DNA of 64,000 nucleotides from Azolla caroliniana (Eukaryota; Plantae; Polypodiophyta): NCBI GenBank assembly GCA_043228905.1, contig JBHGNT010000013.1, positions 19,964,001 to 20,028,000 of the forward strand, read 5' to 3'. Shown piece by piece: positions 37,860 to 49,821 of this stretch (position 1 is its first letter; each line of letters starts with the position of its first letter). The notes under the pieces were generated by a model. It saw only the letters and a program-made list of their open reading frames with translations, ran no database searches and was not told where the DNA came from. The position numbers and the translations under genes were made by a program.

Positions 37860-40090
37860 TGGTTAATTGTACCATCATTATTTCATTGTCGATTTCATGA
37901 TGAGTAATCATTTACTATCCTTTAATTGATGGATATAGTATCCTTAAATTTGGATGGAGTAGGTCAAAATTATCAAGCAACAAGCTTGCAACTAAATGCT
38001 ATATTAAAACTTAATAAACAACTCAAAGGTGAGCTCAATTTTGGATATCCAAAGTTAGTTGATAAAACATGCAGCAAATGAAGCTTTTATGTTCAATTTG
38101 CTGACGTCACAATCATATACATAGGGAGGACTTATTCTAGGAGATTGTCCTTGATTAAACAGTGCACACTAATCATTCAACAAGTATCTATGGATTCTTC
38201 ATTTAAATATTTAATATTGAAACACTTAATCCATGTAATTGTAATCGCAATTGCTGTTTGATTAATCAAATCTCATGGGTGTCCATGTCCCCTTCCTCAC
38301 ATGCACACACAATTGAACAAATTTTAATATGGAAGATTTTAATTTGACACTTAGTTGAGAAACTAGCATGCGCGAAGCTTAATAAGAAATTAAGCTATAA
38401 ATTGTAATGTTGATATACTCTTATCAGCCCATCATAACTATCTTGTTTGTTTAGATAATAACACAGTCACAAACTCATGCCAAAAACATGGTATAAGTCA
38501 CAAAGTATGTTGTACAATAAGTCAGGAGCTTGGATGTCTTATAGAAGTCTTGTCCCCACCACAATCTATGAGGGTTGATTTGAAGATTTTACTAGACTAG
38601 AAACACGCATCATACAAAAGTCAAATGAACATGTCCATAAATTAGAACTAATAATGACCAAAATTCATGCAAATGAGAAATGAATGGTAAAGAAAGGGCA
38701 TGTCAAAAGCTTAATTGTAAAGATATATTGTGCACTTTTGACTATATCCTAGAATAATAGATGCATGGAGTAAAAATGGAGGTAATGGGACATCCATGAT
38801 ATTTTCTCTTGAATGTTTAGTCTAAGAAATCGATAAGTAAATCAAAGATATCACATTTGGCATTAATGAGATGTTGAGACTTTCCATATATTTTTATAGA
38901 GATAAACCAACCTCATTCTTGTTCAATGTCCAACATGAAAAATGTGTATACAAAATGAGATGCATCTATGTTGGAAACAAGAACACGAAGATTATACAAT
39001 GGGGTTGGTGAGTAGGTATGAATATAATAAACGAAAGATGTGTTCACAAATAAAATGGTCCTTGTTAGGTCTTACTTATATAACCATTTACGAAGCTAAT
39101 GAAAAAGAAAGGACGTGGGAAAAGATTATGTATGCCTTTTATAAGTCGATTTTCATTGATTTAGAGAAAATATATTGCTATCAACAAAAGCCAAAGTTTG
39201 AAAAAGTGAAAAGGCAATAATATTTGTATGGCCAACTATAGATTTGTTACAAAGAGATGGAAAAAATTTCGGTCAATCTAGAGTGAGAAATAAGGCATAA
39301 CATGCAAGATATTAATAATGTAAAAGAGATTGAACGATTGATACAGAGCAGATGCAATATCAAATATGAAAACTACAACTAACATGCACATTTGGCTGCG
39401 TAGTGATGAACACAACATCTTATTTGGTTCAGAAAAGTATACCTTAGTTAATGGTTACCACCAACACATGTGCTTAGATTTTTGTTGTGTCCAACGATGG
39501 CTTGGTAATTACCATATCAATGGCAACAAATCACACTTTTTTCTATCTGCAAAAATAGGAATTTGTCCAATCACTTCCAAAAAACGTAGGTGTGAAAAAT
39601 AATACCCCCATTTAGGGAAAGCGTAGGAGACTAAAAAACAAACAAACAAAAAAGCAACAATGGTGAAAGAGAGGGGCAATTTAGAATTCATGGATGGGGA
39701 TGAGGGGTCAATAGAAATGATGAAGACTACTTACACAATATACCCATACACAAAAAAAATGATGAAGACTACTTACACAATACCCATACAATAATATAGA
39801 AATTTGGAGATGAGGTAGAAGTTTTTTAATGGAGATAGGAGGGTATATAAGAAAGTGTTGGGATGAAGGTAAGATCACCCAAGGCACCAAAAGCCAATTA
39901 AGACTCCTCTAATTTCAAGGTCATACTAGAATATGTATACATATATCTAGTCTATGTGTGAAATAATTAGAAGTGCTAGTGTGAACAAGCAAAACAGTCT
40001 ATACCTAAAAGAATCTAGTTCTAAGTTTTGGTATTAGGACTGTGGAGTGACCTTTCCTATTACTTTGTTGTGTAAGTAGTTGTTCTCATA

Positions 40091-42476
40091 ATGGAGGAAA
40101 GAAAAATGAAGGTCCTCATGGGGTCACTGGTCATTTTGGTAAGGTTCTTCTTTCAACTAATGCATGGGGTGAGTGCACAAACCCCGGGTGTGCCAGACTT
40201 CTGCAGCTCGCGGCTGATGACGACGCCCCGCACGTGTCCCACTCCTCGCACCGCCGACACATTGGAGCTGAGCAACCTCGTGGGCTCCTACTACGAGATC
40301 GGGTCGACGGCCCGGTACAAGCTAAGGAACGAGCTCGGGATGGCGTGCGCACGCACCAACTTCTCCATCGACAATGCGGGGGGGAGCAGCAGCGGTCGTG
40401 GCGGAGACTTCGATAATGGGTCCGACGGTGGCTCCTCGGGTGCGGGATCCGATGCCCCCCCTAATTCATCCGGGACCGATTCCGCGACCATCAACGTGCT
40501 GGCCTCTGGCGTGCCCGTCGTGTTCGGGCATCAGACCCTGCTCGCTGTGTCACGCATCGCCTCGGCCGCGGCCAACGTGTGCTCCAACGCGGCGCACATG
40601 TGCACGATGCTCGCCCCCGAGAGCCGGCTGTCGGAGGCGGTGCTACGCATCTCGGCGGTTTTGGACCAGATGCCGCCATCAAGCCTAGGGGACGCGTCCA
40701 CGCTCAACCAAGCAATGTACACGATCAACGCGTCGGTCGGGTCCATCCACGCACGCCTCGACAGACTGTCGCGTGCCATCGGGGTGGTGGCGGGGATCAA
40801 TGCGGCGCTGAGTCAGAATGCCGGGGGATCGCCGGCCGTGGATCCTCTGCTACGGACTCTGCGCGCTGGTGTCATGGGGGCCATTGAGGAAGCTCGGGAA
40901 GTCGGAGCTTTTGCAATCAATAACTTGACCTACGTCGGGAACCTTCTCGACCTCGTTGCTGGACACGTGTCACAATCTGACTCGGCACCGGCCGCTGCCG
41001 CCGACCTTCTTCAGGAGGCCTCCGCGCTCATTGACCAGGAAATGGATCAAGTCTCGAATCAGGTCATAACTATATATTTATTTTCTACATAGCTCAGCAC
41101 TGATCATTGTTTAGTATCTCTTTTGATGGACATACACATACACATACATATCCTGATCCTAACGCTCCTATGTCTAGTTGTTGCAAATCTAGCCAAGGAG
41201 CGTGCGTATGTCATGTCCCCCACACCATTAGCATGGTATCCTAGGCCGATGCTGCCTACTCATTGCTTGCAGTAGCCACATAATTAACATCCCCGAGATA
41301 TTGTTTGGTAGAGGTGTAGTCATTCCAGACAACAACAACGATCGTCCTTGCATAGATCATGTTTGAACTTGCAACCAAGGTTTATTATTATTTAGCAGAG
41401 TCTTACCGATTTAAGTGATTTAAACTACTTCCCCCTCCATTATGCTTATTTTGATTCGTCTTACTATGTATTATTCGCTTACCCACAGTGACATGACATA
41501 TATGTATCTTTATGCATGTTGTGTGTGTGTGTCAAGGATATCTTCCTAATTATTATACTCGTAGATTATTAATATTATTAATGGACTCCCCATCCCATAT
41601 TCCCATTCAGCTAAAGCGAACAATGTACTTGGTATGATAAGACGCTTGCAGACTGGATTGGGATATTCCAATATTCAAACACTAGCTGCTAGTGGCCTTA
41701 AGTTAATTAAGTAATGTCGTAGTAACCAACCATCGATGTACGTCTCTTTACATCTAGCATGGTCAAATCAAATCATTCTCAGTTAGTTTTGTAGGTAGAT
41801 CAATATCGATGAGTCATCAAAAGGCCAAGTACTTTTTTGCTTAACCTTTGAATCTGTAATTTAATGTTATGCTTTTTCGAGAGCGAATGAATTTAGTAAG
41901 AAACAAAGAGACTTTTTAACAAATTTAGACACTTTTTTTAAGTAAGTAGTGATTTGGAAAGAGGAGAACTTGTTGTGGTGGTGGTGGCAGGTGACGTCTA
42001 TCCAAGGGCTCCTGAACAGCATCGAGGGGCCATTGGCGGACATGGTGGGGGCGGAGCACCGGAGCAGCATGGCGGTGGGGGCGGCGACGATGGTGAACAC
42101 GAGCCGCGTGGTGCTGTCGGAGGGGCAGGCCATTCAGAACCCGGACGAGCGAGGCAACATGATGCTGCGCAGGTCGTCGGGCGGCCACGAGTCGAGCAGC
42201 AGCACGACGACGACGACGCCCTTCCGCATCATCGCGGTGGAAGGGGGTGTGTCCCCTGGCATGGGGGAGTACCCCGTCCTCCTCATCTTCACCTGCGACA
42301 TCGACGCCAACGGGGAGCCACTGTCGGAGCTCCTCCTGCTCTCGCGCACGCCCACCGTCGCACCCCAGACTGTCTTCTTGCTCCTCAGCGGTGCCAACCT
42401 GCAGGGCATCTTCCCCGACTGCGACAGCCCTTTCGTTCCGTCTGTCCAACGCCCTGACAACTGCGCCACCGCCTGA
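40091..42476 (+). CDS. Secreted ApoD-like lipocalin with a large alpha-helical insertion, 485 aa; exons 40091-41062 and 41991-42476
   Basis: Signal peptide (...LVILVRFFFQLMHGVSA-Q). N-half CPTP..LELSNLVGSYYEI..GMACARTNFS..INVL and C-half VVLSEGQAIQ..PFRIIAV..YPVLLIFTC..LLLLSRTPTVAPQT..QGI..VQ..NC align by eye to apolipoprotein D/Blc. A phase-0 GT-AG intron (41063-41990) joins two GC-rich ORFs in frame. Confidence is ~0.9 for the gene model and ~0.7 for the lipocalin assignment. Confidence 0.75.
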
Positions 42477-44958
42477 CTCAAGGTTTTTTGTTCTGCCCCT
42501 CCCATCACCCATGCATGCATACACGCTTTGCTAAAATTGTATCCATATATGTACATATTTGTTTGTATACATGAAAAACTGTTTGTTTAGGCCATGTGTG
42601 TATGTATGTACATAATTAGGTTATTAATATTTATTTGTATGCATGTAAATGTATGTATGTATGTATGTATGTATGTATGTATTCATGTGTACGTGAAAAA
42701 TCTAAATGCGTACGTATATTTATGTACTAGTATATCATCTGTATAGATTCCTGCTTTCCACAAATTTCCGGGATTTAAAACTTCAGACTATTTGTATTTT
42801 CTTTTGTTTCCCGTCAACTCGATGAGATAATTCTTATCATGCCGACTCGCATTTCTCCAGCTTTGCACCAAGACAATTGTAGGTACACATCAACTTGCAT
42901 GTGTAGAAAACCATTTACATCAAGTACATATGTAGAATTAAACCACATTTGCTTCATATGTAGCAAATCTTCTCATATACTTTAATAATGGTGTATCATG
43001 ATCATGGTTAAAATTTGGAGGTTTATATGCATAATACAATGGTATATTATTATCTGAGTGTGATATTGACATGCATCATATTCTTTTTAGAATTGGAATG
43101 TGATGATAGTTTACTTGCAACAATTAAAATATAGGGTAAGTTTACTCATTATGCTAACAATGTTGTGTTAGTTTGATTGCAGAGACACGAGGAATACAAA
43201 ATAACAAATTGCCTTCAATTCGCATAACAAAAAACCAACTTTATGGCCTTCAGTTTACATAGCGCAAATGTGGGATGAGTCGTTTTTGCAATATACCTAA
43301 ATGCTAATTACACCATATAATGGTATTGTCTTGAATGGATCATTCGTTTAGAATATTGATGTATACGTGGAGAAATCTTGTTCTAGTGAATCTACCGTTT
43401 TAATATGATAAAATGACCTTTTCCCATGTCCTTCTATTTCTCAAAAATGTTTTAATAATGCAAACACATTTGCATGTGCTTACATGTGCATCTCTCTTAT
43501 GTCTAGTGTATGTTACCATACTTCATATACAAAAAGACAATATGCATTAGAGGGAGCACAGTGAATGATTCTTTGAATTGGAACTCCCTATTTTGTTATG
43601 ATCATTTCATATCATTATAGAAAGAACTCACCATGGGTATAACAACTATATGTATAAATGTTTCGGGGTTTTGACATTGGAAGGGTGACTTTGTAACGCT
43701 CGTCCATCCACATGTTGCACATCTTTTAGAACCCTTCAACAAGGAACTCTCACAATATACCCTAGTTCCCTCCTGCATCATAATCGTCTTTCCTTGCTTA
43801 CAAACATTAAGCAATGATATATTTCAAGTGAAGAAGAAATATGCATCATGAATACTCTTAAGCCATGCTTTAGAGAGCCATCACACCTAGGTCCAAATAA
43901 CACTAGTGGCGTTAATTTACCAAATGTCATCATGGGATGAACATAGAGGGTCAAACACCTAACCTTTTGGTCTATCCATCAAACAACCTTCACACATGAG
44001 CTCTCTCTCAATAAGTAGACATAAGATATACTAGGAATAGAATGAATCATATATGATTTACAACTACATTGCATCAACTATACATACAAATGTTCTTTTT
44101 ACCCACAATCTAATAAAGACGGCAAAACAACATTGGAGACTTGTCAAGCAAAACAACATTGGCGAAATTTGACAAGTCTTATTTAGTAGATATCATGAAA
44201 ACGTGCTAAGAAAACAAAGTATAATGGGTTTGTGAAAATAATGATAAGTTCCTTAAGAGATGATAGATGCATTTAGAGCAAATAACACACAAAGCCAATG
44301 GATCTGCATGTCCTTCAATAAATATCACGATGACTTATTTATCACATCGTGAAGTGTCCTTCATTACATGTCAAGGTTAGTTATTTATCACATCTCTAGT
44401 TTACATCACAACCATTAAGGGCAACTTATTTGGGTGCCATGTGAGTTTGTATATGATGTTTAATTAAATTTATATTATGGTAGTGAGAAATTTTGTGACG
44501 TTATTAAATGTACAATATAATGGTACCATTGCACCCTTGATTACTAGATTGAACTACATTTGTATTGTAAATGCTACATTGGACCTACTACCACATTTGG
44601 TTTGATAGAAAATTGTATTACGATTTTCTTTATATTGAAATGTGAGATAATATATAATTCCAAGTCATATTATGCAACTCACATGAGAATCATTAAAATA
44701 TTGTAGCTAGTAATACGATACTACATCCTTGAAGATAAGGAGAACCATCATGTTTGATAATCATCTTGGATTACCCTAAATGAGAACCAAACTTTTTCAT
44801 GACCATCGATGGTTCACATGAAATGAGAACCAAAATGTCAAAAAAATAGTGTGGATCCAACATATTGTAATCATGAAACAATTATTGCCATTAGTGAGAG
44901 CCAAAATGTCTCTAATAAAATTTCTGGATCTAATTACTTTTGAGTAGTATTTGTTCTA

Positions 44959-47324
44959 TCATTCAGTTGCATCTTCTATGCCATCAAAATCTTTCATCTT
45001 TGGAATGCTCTGCATGTTGGTTGAAACAGGCAACTCTATTCTTGGTACCAATTTCTTCCAAAACCAATGCTTTCTCCATAGTAATTCAATTAACTCTAGG
45101 GGAATGCCCTTGGTCTCTGGCATGAAGAGAGCCACAAAGGTAGTCATAAGAACAAGCCAACCTCCAAAGAAGAAGAAAATACCATATTTCATGGCACATA
45201 ACATTGACAAAAAAGCTTGGGCTATAATAAATGTTGCCACCAAGTTCGCAAACACAACAATGCTTTGCCCTGTCGATCGAATATCCAATGGATATATCTC
45301 ACTACAAATAAGCCATGTCAGTGGTCCCCATGACCATCCAAAACCAGCAACAAAGGTGCATGTTAAGAGTACAACTACAATTGCAGAGGAATGTGGAATA
45401 GGAACATTGCCACTTGAGACACTAACATCTTTTAGTGTCGCTGCTAGAATAGACCCGATCACAATCTATTAACAAAGAAAGAATTTGTGACGTTATTTAA
45501 AGAATCATTAAAATCACAATGGGAACCTCCAATTAATATACAAAATCAACAATGGTTAGCTTATTAAAAACAAACAACATACATGATTAAAATATTGTTT
45601 AAATGTATATTAAAATGTAGGTTGTTATATAATGAGTTTCTTTATGACACACACAATGGCAAAGTTTATTTAAAACAATGAGTGTGCATGATGAAAACAC
45701 ATTTTGAATGTACATTAAATTCAATTTCCAGTTTGTTAATATTTACACATCCGTCGTCAACGCATGTTTTTATAAATTAAGAACAAATTATATTTGCAAA
45801 AATATGATGTTGAAATAATAATATATTTACAAGAAATTTGCTTTATATAATCTACAAACAAGTCTTCGAAAGGTCACCTGGGATATGATCATTTGCAATC
45901 CACCTTCAAGTAGCAAAACTTTGCGACCCATTCTTTCGACTACGAACATAGAAGCAATAGTCGAAATGACATTAACTCCTCCAATTATAGCTGCGGAATA
46001 GAGGCTAGCATTGCTCTTGAAACCCACAGTGTCAAAGAGAACAGGAGCATAGAACATAATTGCGTTGATACCCGTCATTTGTTGAAATATGGCAAAGAGA
46101 CTAGAAATAATCAATTGTGGCCTATTTTTAGGCTTAAATACGCTCCTAAAGGGGTTATGCTCTCGTGATTTGGCAATCTCACAAGCTCTTACCATCTCTT
46201 CAAACTCAAGGTCAACATTGCTGGTACCTCTAACCTTTTCCAAAATTGCGCGTCCCTCGACATGCTTCCCTCTCTCTATCATGCTTATTGGTGACTCCAC
46301 TAGTAGGAGTCCACCTAACATTAGCATCAATGCCGGAATTCCGGCACCCAAGAGTGCAATTCGCCAAGATAAGCTTCCCTCTAAATACCCCACAACAAAA
46401 TTAACTATATTTGCACAAAATATCCCGATTGTGATGTTCAATTGAAACATTGAATTTAATACTCCTCTCATGTTGGTTGGTGCTATCTCAGATAAATATA
46501 TTGGTGCCGCCTACAATATAATATATAGAGTTAAAAAATACCTTTCAAAATATCAAACAATGAAGATGTGAAGAATATATAATGAGATGATAATATTCAC
46601 TCAAACAATTAAAGACCAAAACATGCAAGCATGACCATATCACTCTAGAAAGAGTGGGATAAATTGTATCAAAACCTCACTTGATTGGCAAAACCAGCTC
46701 CAAATCCAAGCAATATTCTACCAATGATAAGCATGGCAAAGTCTTGGGCACCAGATGTAAGAGCGACACCTCCAAGGGAAATGATTCCGGCGATTATCAT
46801 TGTTATTCGACGACCATAATGACTTGTCACGTATGAAGCACCAAATGTGGATACCAACCCAGCCAAGTACAAACACGATGTAAACGCTTGTAATCCTTGG
46901 TCGTTAAACTTACAATAGTTGCTTTCTTCCACTACTTTACTTCTCTCGATGACACTTGGAAAGAAGTGTTCTAAGAAGTTATTCATGGAAGTTACGCCAC
47001 CTAGGAAGAGAACATCATAACCATTGCAGCCAAATTAGATCAACAATTATTGGCGTATTAATTTTTGTAAAGAAATGATCAAATTCACCCAATGTAATTA
47101 GCATGTTTTTTGAATATTTAGCCAATATTTCAATTGTATTTCCTTTTGGATCCATCCATGCACGCATACGCAATAACAAGCCCACAACGTATACCTGAAA
47201 TGCCAATATTATAACCAAAAACAAGGCCACTAGATGCAGCTGTGAGACCCGATAAGATAACATAAGGTGTGACACCCCCGCTCTCCCCTTTAGTTGTTGC
47301 ACCTGTATTGCTTTGTTCCACCAT
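44959..47324 (-). CDS. Sugar transport protein (STP/MST, MFS sugar porter family), 529 aa; exons 47324-47195, 47000-46681, 46510-45878, 45465-44959
   Basis: Canonical plant STP 4-exon structure and motifs: FGYxIGISGGVT, NYCKF, GRILLGFGAGFANQ, YLSEIAP..RG, FQQMTGINAIMFYAP, WSWGPL.W, PETKG. All introns are GT-AG and frame-consistent. Confidence 0.95.
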
Positions 47325-49821
47325 TATGAATTATACCTAGACACCTTGCGCCCAAGAATCACTGTGAGAAAATTTATTTAATGATAAAAAAACACTCAAT
47401 TTTCGGCTCATAGGTTCATAACTTAATCATGCAGACGTATTTGAGCAAAGTAGACTGATAATTTCACATGGATGAATTTTACCATATTCTATGGGTGAAT
47501 CAGAAAATGCATTCAAATGATCGTTTTTTACCGTATTCAATTGATGATTCAAATAATGCACTCAAATGTTAGTTTTAACGGGGTTGTAATCAAAGTTTCA
47601 CTTAACATTGCAAAGCCTTATATCATGCCATCGAAAAATGCACGGATATGAAATTTGCCACTAACTAATGTCGTCTGCCAAGCTTGGCGCATGAAATTGA
47701 GATAGTTAGTGCATGATAAGGCAATACTAATGGTCACGATACATATCTATATCGAGATGTAAGTATAATTAAGAGTTATGTATGCGATGTATCAGAACTT
47801 CAACGAGGTTCATCTTGAGAGAGAGAGAGATTAAGCTAATATATAGATTAGGCTTACCTTGTCGATTCGATTATCTCCTCGTTTAATGGAAAATCACCCT
47901 TGCTCTTTCAAAAGGTTTCAATGAGAACGAGAGAGAGTTAATAGTTCATATTAGATGAAGACATTTCATATATATATTTAGACGACATGAACATCCCTCT
48001 CGATGGCATAATATTTTAATGCAAATATTGTATTTATATTATGTGAGGGACTACGAGATGGACAGACACATTAGAAGTTGTTAATGTGGGTCAAATAATG
48101 CAAAGCAATGCAACTAAAGATAAGGTTCTATTTTTGCATGGATTAACACCCAACACATTTATCACGTAATAAAAGCTTTTAATTAATATATAACCTTTGC
48201 ATGCAATTCAGTTCATTCCCATTTCATGCAATTCATCCAAAATCCTTAGTATTGGGAAAGATTCTCCCTATATATACACAAGCTTGAGAATGTTACAAAC
48301 ATTATGATGATGAAAAGCCCCGGCCTTGTCATTATTGATCCATATGATATTCTAAGGTTGCATTCGTTTGGGACACCACATCACAATTCAAGCTATATAT
48401 AAGCTTGGGCAAAACACCCTAGTAACTCGATGGGAACTTATTATACACCACATCACGAATCAAGCTATATATATGGGATAACCGCCTTGGTAACTTGATG
48501 GGTACACACTATACTACACCCAAAGTTTCTAGAAAATTGACTCCGTACAACTTGTATGTATATCTACCTTTGTGATTTATTCAAAATACTTGGTATGAGC
48601 TTATATGGGACATTGTTAATGTTGTCTTAAAAATGATCTCCTTGACATTGTAGGGTCTTCGATATGCATGTGAAATGTAATTCACTTCCCATATCAACAA
48701 GAGGATTTAAAGTGCTTATTATTTGATGTGTCACTATGAGTACCTATAATTCGCCAATGCCAATTTATACTCATATTGTCAAAACTAAAAATACCATTTG
48801 TATATGTGTTGGAATGCCAAGAGAAATATAAAAGGTAGATTAAATTACCTTTGTTATTATCCGGCATGCTTGTAGTCGAGCTAATGTATTGGATATTGGT
48901 CAACCAATTTTCAAGGCCATGGAAAAAGATATGCAAATGTATTCCATCCATTAAACATTAAACGTGTGTGAAAGTCAATTAGAGAATGTGCTAACAATGA
49001 TTAATGTGTCTCATTTTCATCCAATGTTGTCATTTGGCACATAAAAGTGTGTGTTTGTAGATAATGGGGAATTAATTGGAACTCATGAGATGAATATTTT
49101 GAAACACATTGTATTTTGGATGAACGATATGTGCAACATATGCCTTGATGTCTATTATACAAGAACTAAAGTGTGGATGACAATGACAAGTGAGGATCGT
49201 ATAATGTGTCAACGATAAAGGACATTAAACTCTCACTTCAAATATGGTAATTTACTGACAATAGTTTGTTTGATATGGAGAGGGGAAAAGCTCTAGGACA
49301 TCTCTCCCACCTCCATCACATTGCTTTCATTAATCATTCCTAACTAACAAGTTTATTGCTTACATATTCCCAAGAGTAGCTATATTTGCTTCAATTTATG
49401 TGGAACTTGTTAATCAACACGAGTAAATGTGATATCCTCCCTTTTCTTCTCTATTATTAAAGTAGGGATTGGTGTAATTACCTCGCTTACTACACTGCAC
49501 ACGAGCACAACGTGGTATCATTATGCATAAACACAAGTAGAATATAGTTATGATAATTAGGTCGAGTAAGAAAATAACCAAGTTTGTACAAACCATGCAT
49601 GATTAAACATCCTCTCATCGCGATCCATGTGTATGAAATGAAAGTTGATACATATACTAAAAACCCTCTTTCTTGCTATCCATGGACATGACATGAAAGT
49701 TAATTCATTCAAGTTTTTGTAGTGTGATTTCACAACTTTTAGAGTAATGTCAAAACCTCCTAAACAATTGGCATTGCTCTAAAAAAGTGTAGAGATTTGT
49801 CAAAACCTCCTAAACAATTGG

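Noticed and set aside
40131-42556. Multiple alternative-frame ORFs over the lipocalin-like exons
   Set aside because: GC-rich shadow ORFs with no motifs. Only one frame gives a signal peptide, an in-frame splice and a coherent Cys pattern.
43602-43920. Cys-containing minus-strand ORF between the lipocalin-like and STP genes
   Set aside because: Short, with no splice or homology support.
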